NCBI GenBank assembly: GCA_037447605.1
Contig: JBBHKD010000042.1
Location: 1 to 12,390, forward strand
Length of the DNA: 12,390 bases
Origin: Zygnema circumcarinatum SAG 698-1b
Lineage: Eukaryota > Plantae > Zygnematophyceae
Reading direction: 5' to 3'
Shown here: positions 7,560 through 12,390 of the stretch, in pieces
How positions within the stretch are numbered: the stretch's first letter is position 1
How the letters are laid out: each line of letters opens with the position of its first letter
Position numbers and translations under genes: made by a program
The notes under the pieces: model-generated
Database searches by the model: none
Told to the model about the DNA's origin: nothing
The model's input: the letters and a program-made list of their open reading frames with translations, nothing else

Positions 7560-9295
7560 CGTTATACATAACTTTTTTGTCTTTTACTCTTTTGCACCGA
7601 AATTTCTCAGCGTCACTCTACAGTGAGTCCGTCGTATGCACAAAAAGTTTGAGTCAATTAAGCGTTCTCCCTATTCAGATATGCACGTTTTCGTGACAAT
7701 TACAATAAGTTACGATTCCTGTGCATGTCACTCCATTATCATAACTTTTTTGTCTTTTACTCTTTTGCACCAAAATTTCTCAGCGTCACTCTACAGTGAG
7801 TCCGCCGTATGCACAAAAAGTTTGAGTCAATTAAGCGTTCTCCCTATTCAGATATGGACGTTTTTGTGAAGTACATGCAATAGGTTGCAACTCCTGTACA
7901 CGTAGCTCCAATATAAATTACTTTTTTGTCTTTTGCTTTTTTGCACCGAAATTTCTCAGAGCATCACAACTACATGTGTCCGCGTATAGGGGAAAATTGA
8001 ATTGATTTGTCGTTCTCCCTATTCAGATATGGACGTTTTTGTGACACGTGCAATAGGTTGCGGTCCTACACACGTCCACTCCGTTATATATAACTTTATT
8101 TTCTTTTACTTTTGTGCACCGAAATTTCTCAACGTGTGTCAAGTGTGTGTCCGTCGTATGCACAAAAAAGTTTGAGTCCATTTGGCTTTCTCCGTATTCA
8201 GATATGGACGTTTTTGTGACACGTGCAATAGGTTGCATTCCTACACACGTCCACTCCGTTATATATAACTTTTTTGTCTTTTACTTTTTTGCTCCGAAAT
8301 TTCTTAGCGTCACTCTACTGTGTGTCCGCCGTATGCACAAAACGTTTGAGTCCATTTGGCGTTCTCCCTATTCAGATATGGACGTTTTTGTGACACGTGC
8401 AATAGGTTGCGTTCGTATACACGTCCACTCCGTTATATATAACTTTTTTGTCTTTTACTTTTGTGCTCCGAAATTTCTTAGCGTCACTCTACTGTGTGTC
8501 CGCCGTATGCACAAAACGTTTGAGTCCATTTGGCGTTCTCCCTATTCAAATATGGACGTTTTTGTGACACGTGTTATAGGCTGCGTTCGTATACACGTCC
8601 ACTCCGTTATACATAACTTTTTTTTCTTTTAGTTTTGTGCACCGAAATTTCTCAGCGTTACTCTACAGTGAGTCCGCCGTTTGCACAAAAAGTTTGAGTC
8701 AATTAAGCGTTGTCCCTATTCAGATATGGACGTTTTTGTGACACGTGCAATAAGTTGCGTTCCTATACACGTCCACTCCGTTATATATAACTTTTTTGTC
8801 TTTTACTTTTGTGCTCCGAAATTTCTTAGCGTCACTCTTCTGTGTGTCCGCCGTATGCACAAAAAGATTGAGTCCATTTGGCGTTCTCCCTATTCAGATA
8901 TGGACGTTTTTGTGACACGTGCTATAGGCTGCGTTCGTATACACATCCACTCCGTTATATATAACTTTTTTGTCTTTTAGTTTTGTGCACCGAAATTTCT
9001 CAGCGTCACTCTACAGTGAGTCCGCCGTATGCACAAAAAGTTTGAGTCAATTTGGCGTTTTCCCTATTCAAATATGGACGTTTTTGTGACACGTGCAATA
9101 AGTTGCGTTCCTATACATGTCCACTCCGTTATACATAACTTTTTTGTCTTTTACTCTTTTGCACCGAAATTTCTCAGCGTCACTCTACAGTGATTCCGCC
9201 GTATGCACAAAATGTTTGAGTCAATTTGGCGTTCTCCTTATTCAGATATGGACGTTTTTGTGACACGTGCAATAAGTTGCGTTCCTATACATGTC

Positions 9296-9300
9296 CACTC
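9296..9300. other. CACTC target-site sequence at the left junction of element 2
   Basis: ...TATACATGTC-CACTC-TGTTGG has the same monomer position and flank as 2271-2275. The partner TSD would lie beyond the window. Confidence 0.85.
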
Positions 9301-10015
9301 TGTTGGTAATTCCATGGTGGAACCACCCTCGACAGAGTCGCCTCCACTCGGCTCTTGAGTCGTAGACATCTTCGCAGCAGCTGTTTCGCGAAAGGAAAGC
9401 TCAAGACAGATGCAAGACAAGAGACGTCAAGATAGAGAAAGCCCCACCGGGCATAAAACTCTGATTTTCTTTGGAGGTGAAGTACAACAGATTCAAGCAG
9501 CCCCTGGCTGCTTAATGCAGCTTGCACTACCCCACTTACTATTTCCCAAGACTGGCAGCACTACTCCTCTCCTTAACTACAGGCTCGGCCTCAACTCGCT
9601 ACACACCCCCATTGGCATGTGGTATGAGGTTTTTTACTCTGAGGAATGCTACTCTCTATATACTTCCTACGACTAAGCTACGTGACAGCGTCCTGTGGAC
9701 CGGCTTGTCACGCCCGCCCTGAGCGAGTGCATGCAGTCCGCGGCCAGCTGCGGCGTTCAGCAGCCAGCTTCGTCTGTGGACCGGTCTCCTCCGCGGGTGC
9801 GTAGGCGGTGATGGGAATGGTGGTTGGCGGCGGTTTGAACTTGCGACTCTCCGTAGCGCAGGCGGGACGGGCTCGCGTAGCCGGTCGTGCGGCGGTTGTC
9901 AAAGCAGTAGTGCTCAAGTTTGGCGTGCATCTGTTGCGGCCATATAAACGACGTTGCCATCTGATTTATTTGTGCTAAGGGCCATAATTTGCCGCCTCTA
10001 GGCGCGTCCACAACA
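9301..10015 (-). repeat. 3' LTR of element 2 (LTR C, 715 bp)
   Basis: 9301-9741 is identical by eye to 6743-7183. About 9793-10000 aligns only through short anchors (GAACTTG, CATCTGTT, GCCTCTAGG). It ends CAACA before the PPT. Confidence 0.9.
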
Positions 10016-10027
10016 TTCCCCCCTCTT
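10016..10027 (-). other. Polypurine tract (element 2)
   Basis: Minus strand reads AAGAGGGGGGAA directly before the LTR TGTTG. Confidence 0.88.
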
Positions 10028-11109
10028 GGGGCTTTAGGCTCCTAAATGGACGAGATCGGGAGGACATTTTTCTTCCACGTGTTGGCCCGCTGACCCACAG
10101 TGCAGTAGCTGTTTTCCTATTTACAAAGCGATTCTGCGACTCTGCCGCCCCCGGCTCCGGCGCTCGGTGGTCGCAGGTCTGGACTCGACTCACCCCTTTT
10201 ATGAAGATCGTGATTCTGGAGCAAGCTTGATTGATGAGCTGACACCGCGTGCGTGACGATACGCCTCCTGATGAAGATCTGGCTGTATCTGGTTACTCGT
10301 CGTATCCGGGTCACTCCGCATATCCGGTTACTCCTCCAATCTGCGGCCGTATGTCAGGTACGGAACCCAGCAGCTCCCCTCTCAAATGGGACTCCATTTG
10401 TGAGATGCATTATTAGGTTCGAGATATCGAAGATGTTGATCGATTCTCCTTCGCACTAAAGCTTGGAATGCGCCCAGATGCGGGGCCGGGTCGCGCGGCA
10501 AACCGCTTCCCCTTGTTTGATCATGTGAGATGATGCAGCCCCCTCGGCTGCTGCGTCCGCTTCCTCCTGTGCGTCGGAGTCCGTTGGCGGCTCCTCAAAG
10601 TGTGCCATGTGGCCGTCGGCCATCTTCGCGAAGTCGGCTGAGTCAAGGGGTAATGGTTCTGAATTCCCCTCCGTGCTCTTATGCGTCGGCCTCCTCGTCG
10701 ATCGTTGTTCCCACTCCCCATACCTGTCTGGTATCCCCCCTGTCCCTAGGGGGTGGCGTGGAGCCAAAGCTGGGTGAAAACCCCTTTGGCGTGTGCCGTG
10801 AAGGGATGGTTCTTGACCATGCCTGGTTGGTACCTGGCTGCCGGTGCCTCTTCCGCGTTCTCCTCTGTCGTGACTTGACCATGATGGTCATAGTCTTCAT
10901 CGGGTAGGTCCTCATTTCTCATATCCTCCTGGAATGGCGATTCCGGCTGAAACCCCCCTTGGGAATGACTATGTGGGCTGTTCCACCTGGAAAGCCGGTC
11001 CTCCTCATTGCAGCACTTACTCGGTGCGCTGCAGTGGCTTCAGCGCTGCTGGATCGTTGAGGTCAATGGGTGGACGCTGGTGGGAGACAGATCCTCACCT
11101 CCGGGAACC

Positions 11110-11850
11110 CCCCTCTCAGTAGAGAAAACTTCGTGTACCGGGGCTCCTCTTGAGGCCGCGCGTGCTGCTCTCCTTGGTGCTCTCCTCTTCAGGTACCTCC
11201 TTGGAGTCTTTCAGGGCGCTGGAGGGACATCTTCTTCCGGGTGTAGGCCGCCGTAAGGATCGCTTCTCCCGAAGGGGAAAGGTTGACTTACTAAGCCTCG
11301 ACCTTGTCATGTCGCCAGGGGAACGGTTCACTCTCTCTTGGCTACGCCGTGCTCTGTGGGCTATACGGGGCCGTGAACGCGTTTTGGAATCCCAAGGGAC
11401 TGTGAATATTCAGAGGGCTGAAGGGATCTACTCTCTCTCCCCCATTTCCATCCTGAATCTCTGAATTCTCCCGGACTGCCTTTCTGCCTCTATCTGTCAA
11501 CGGGAAAGATTCTAATGCCACGCTTTCTTTTTTGCGCCAACTGCTCAGTCAGACTATCGCCCGGTAGTACGATCAGAATGTGATCATGTACCTTCGCTCC
11601 TCCCTTCGGTGTGATCGGTCCACAGTGATCGCTGCAAGCCGGTTCTAACCTCCGTGTCACGCGGTACTCCACCGCGCCGTGGGTCGTGAAGGGATGACGG
11701 TGAATTTGCCGCCGTTTAGTGGGGGCAGTCGTCACCCGTCTTCGTGTGTGTCGTGAGGGGCGATCCCCTTACGAACTCTGCGTCGCGGAGTTTCTTCGAA
11801 CCGCTGTATATACGTGGCCAAGTCGCCGGTGCCAAAGCTGGGACGGGTGG
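11110..11850 (-). pseudogene. Copia pre-integrase plus integrase remnant, copy 2
   Basis: LWHRRLGH-encoding sequence is at 11814-11837. CSDHCGP is in ORF 11490-11735. MNRSPGDMTRSRL...RCPSSALKDSKEVPEE in ORF 11116-11331 matches the copia NRTL.EM.RSML...NR.PS.AL....PEE pattern. The DNGGE codons are disrupted by a 1-bp difference relative to copy 1. Confidence 0.85.
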
Positions 11851-12390
11851 AGGTGCGTCTGTGCGGCTCCGTACTTTCGCCTGAGTAAAATTTCGCGCCG
11901 CCCGGGGCTACCAGGCATTTGTCGACTTTTGTCACGTCACAGCGTAGAGGTTGTGCGCGAGCCGAATTTCGAATGCATGCTGCGCCGCTTTCGCATGAAA
12001 AATTGTCCCGTACAATTTCCGACTTCGGAATTCGCCGCGCGCGTGTCGGTGTCGCGCGTGGTTTCGATTCGCGTCTGCCGCGCCGGGACCTTCGCGGTTC
12101 GGAAATGGCCGCTCCCATCGTCGGCTCGGCCAGGTCCATGGTTGCTGGGTGCGCTGCGTATAGCGCATCTGTCAGCGTCGTGATCATCTTGATCGCTCCC
12201 CAGAGCGATCGGGGTGCGTTCCTGCCCACGCTTTTTGCGTGCTTGCAGGTTTCCGGTCGTGGGGCGTGCTGTCCGAAGCGTTCCGATGCTCCCCCTTCAC
12301 GCATGCTGCGCTCAGCACGCGTGGGTCTTGCTGCTCGCGTTCTCTGTGACGCGGGCAGGTATTCGGTCATTGCAAGCGCTGTCGATGGCA

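Larger units (their letters stand above)
7555..9300. repeat. Tandem satellite array, 174-bp monomer, exactly 10 copies between the two elements
   Basis: The CACTC anchor is at 7555, 7729, ~7903 (degenerate), 8077, 8252, 8426, 8600, 8774, 8948, 9122 and 9296. That is 1741 bp, or 10 x 174 + 1. Confidence 0.97.
9301..12390 (-). mobile_element. Second copy of the same copia element, truncated by the window end
   Basis: LTR, PPT and internal region are colinear with 2276-5428. The offset is 6962 both at the PPT and at the window end. About 12065-12385 is essentially identical to 5103-5423. Confidence 0.93.

Noticed and set aside
6743-10015. A separate element with LTR B and LTR C as its ends, carrying captured satellite
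   Set aside because: The B-PBS and C-PPT orientations assign these LTRs to different elements. The intervening DNA is in-register satellite bounded by CACTC target sequence, with no PBS or PPT inside.

Overview
Eukaryotic repetitive DNA with no ordinary host gene. An AT-rich satellite with a 174-bp monomer (1-2275, about 13 copies; 7555-9300, exactly 10 copies) is interrupted twice by the same minus-strand Ty1/copia-type LTR retrotransposon. Copy 1 is complete (2276-7554): TG...CA LTRs, 5-bp target-site duplication CACTC, plant/alga-type tRNA-iMet PBS and a PPT. Copy 2 starts at 9301 and runs off the window end. The element looks non-autonomous. It has a short open gag whose start codon lies inside the LTR, a degenerate ~110-bp internal tandem repeat, and decayed protease and integrase remnants. 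No reverse transcriptase is recognisable. Both copies sit at the same base of the satellite monomer and are preceded by the same series of diagnostic monomer variants, so satellite plus element form a ~7.0-kb higher-order repeat. Divergence between copies is very patchy (long identical stretches beside indel-rich ones), so some differences and frameshifts may be sequencing or consensus error. All alignments were done by eye, and boundaries of degenerate features are approximate.
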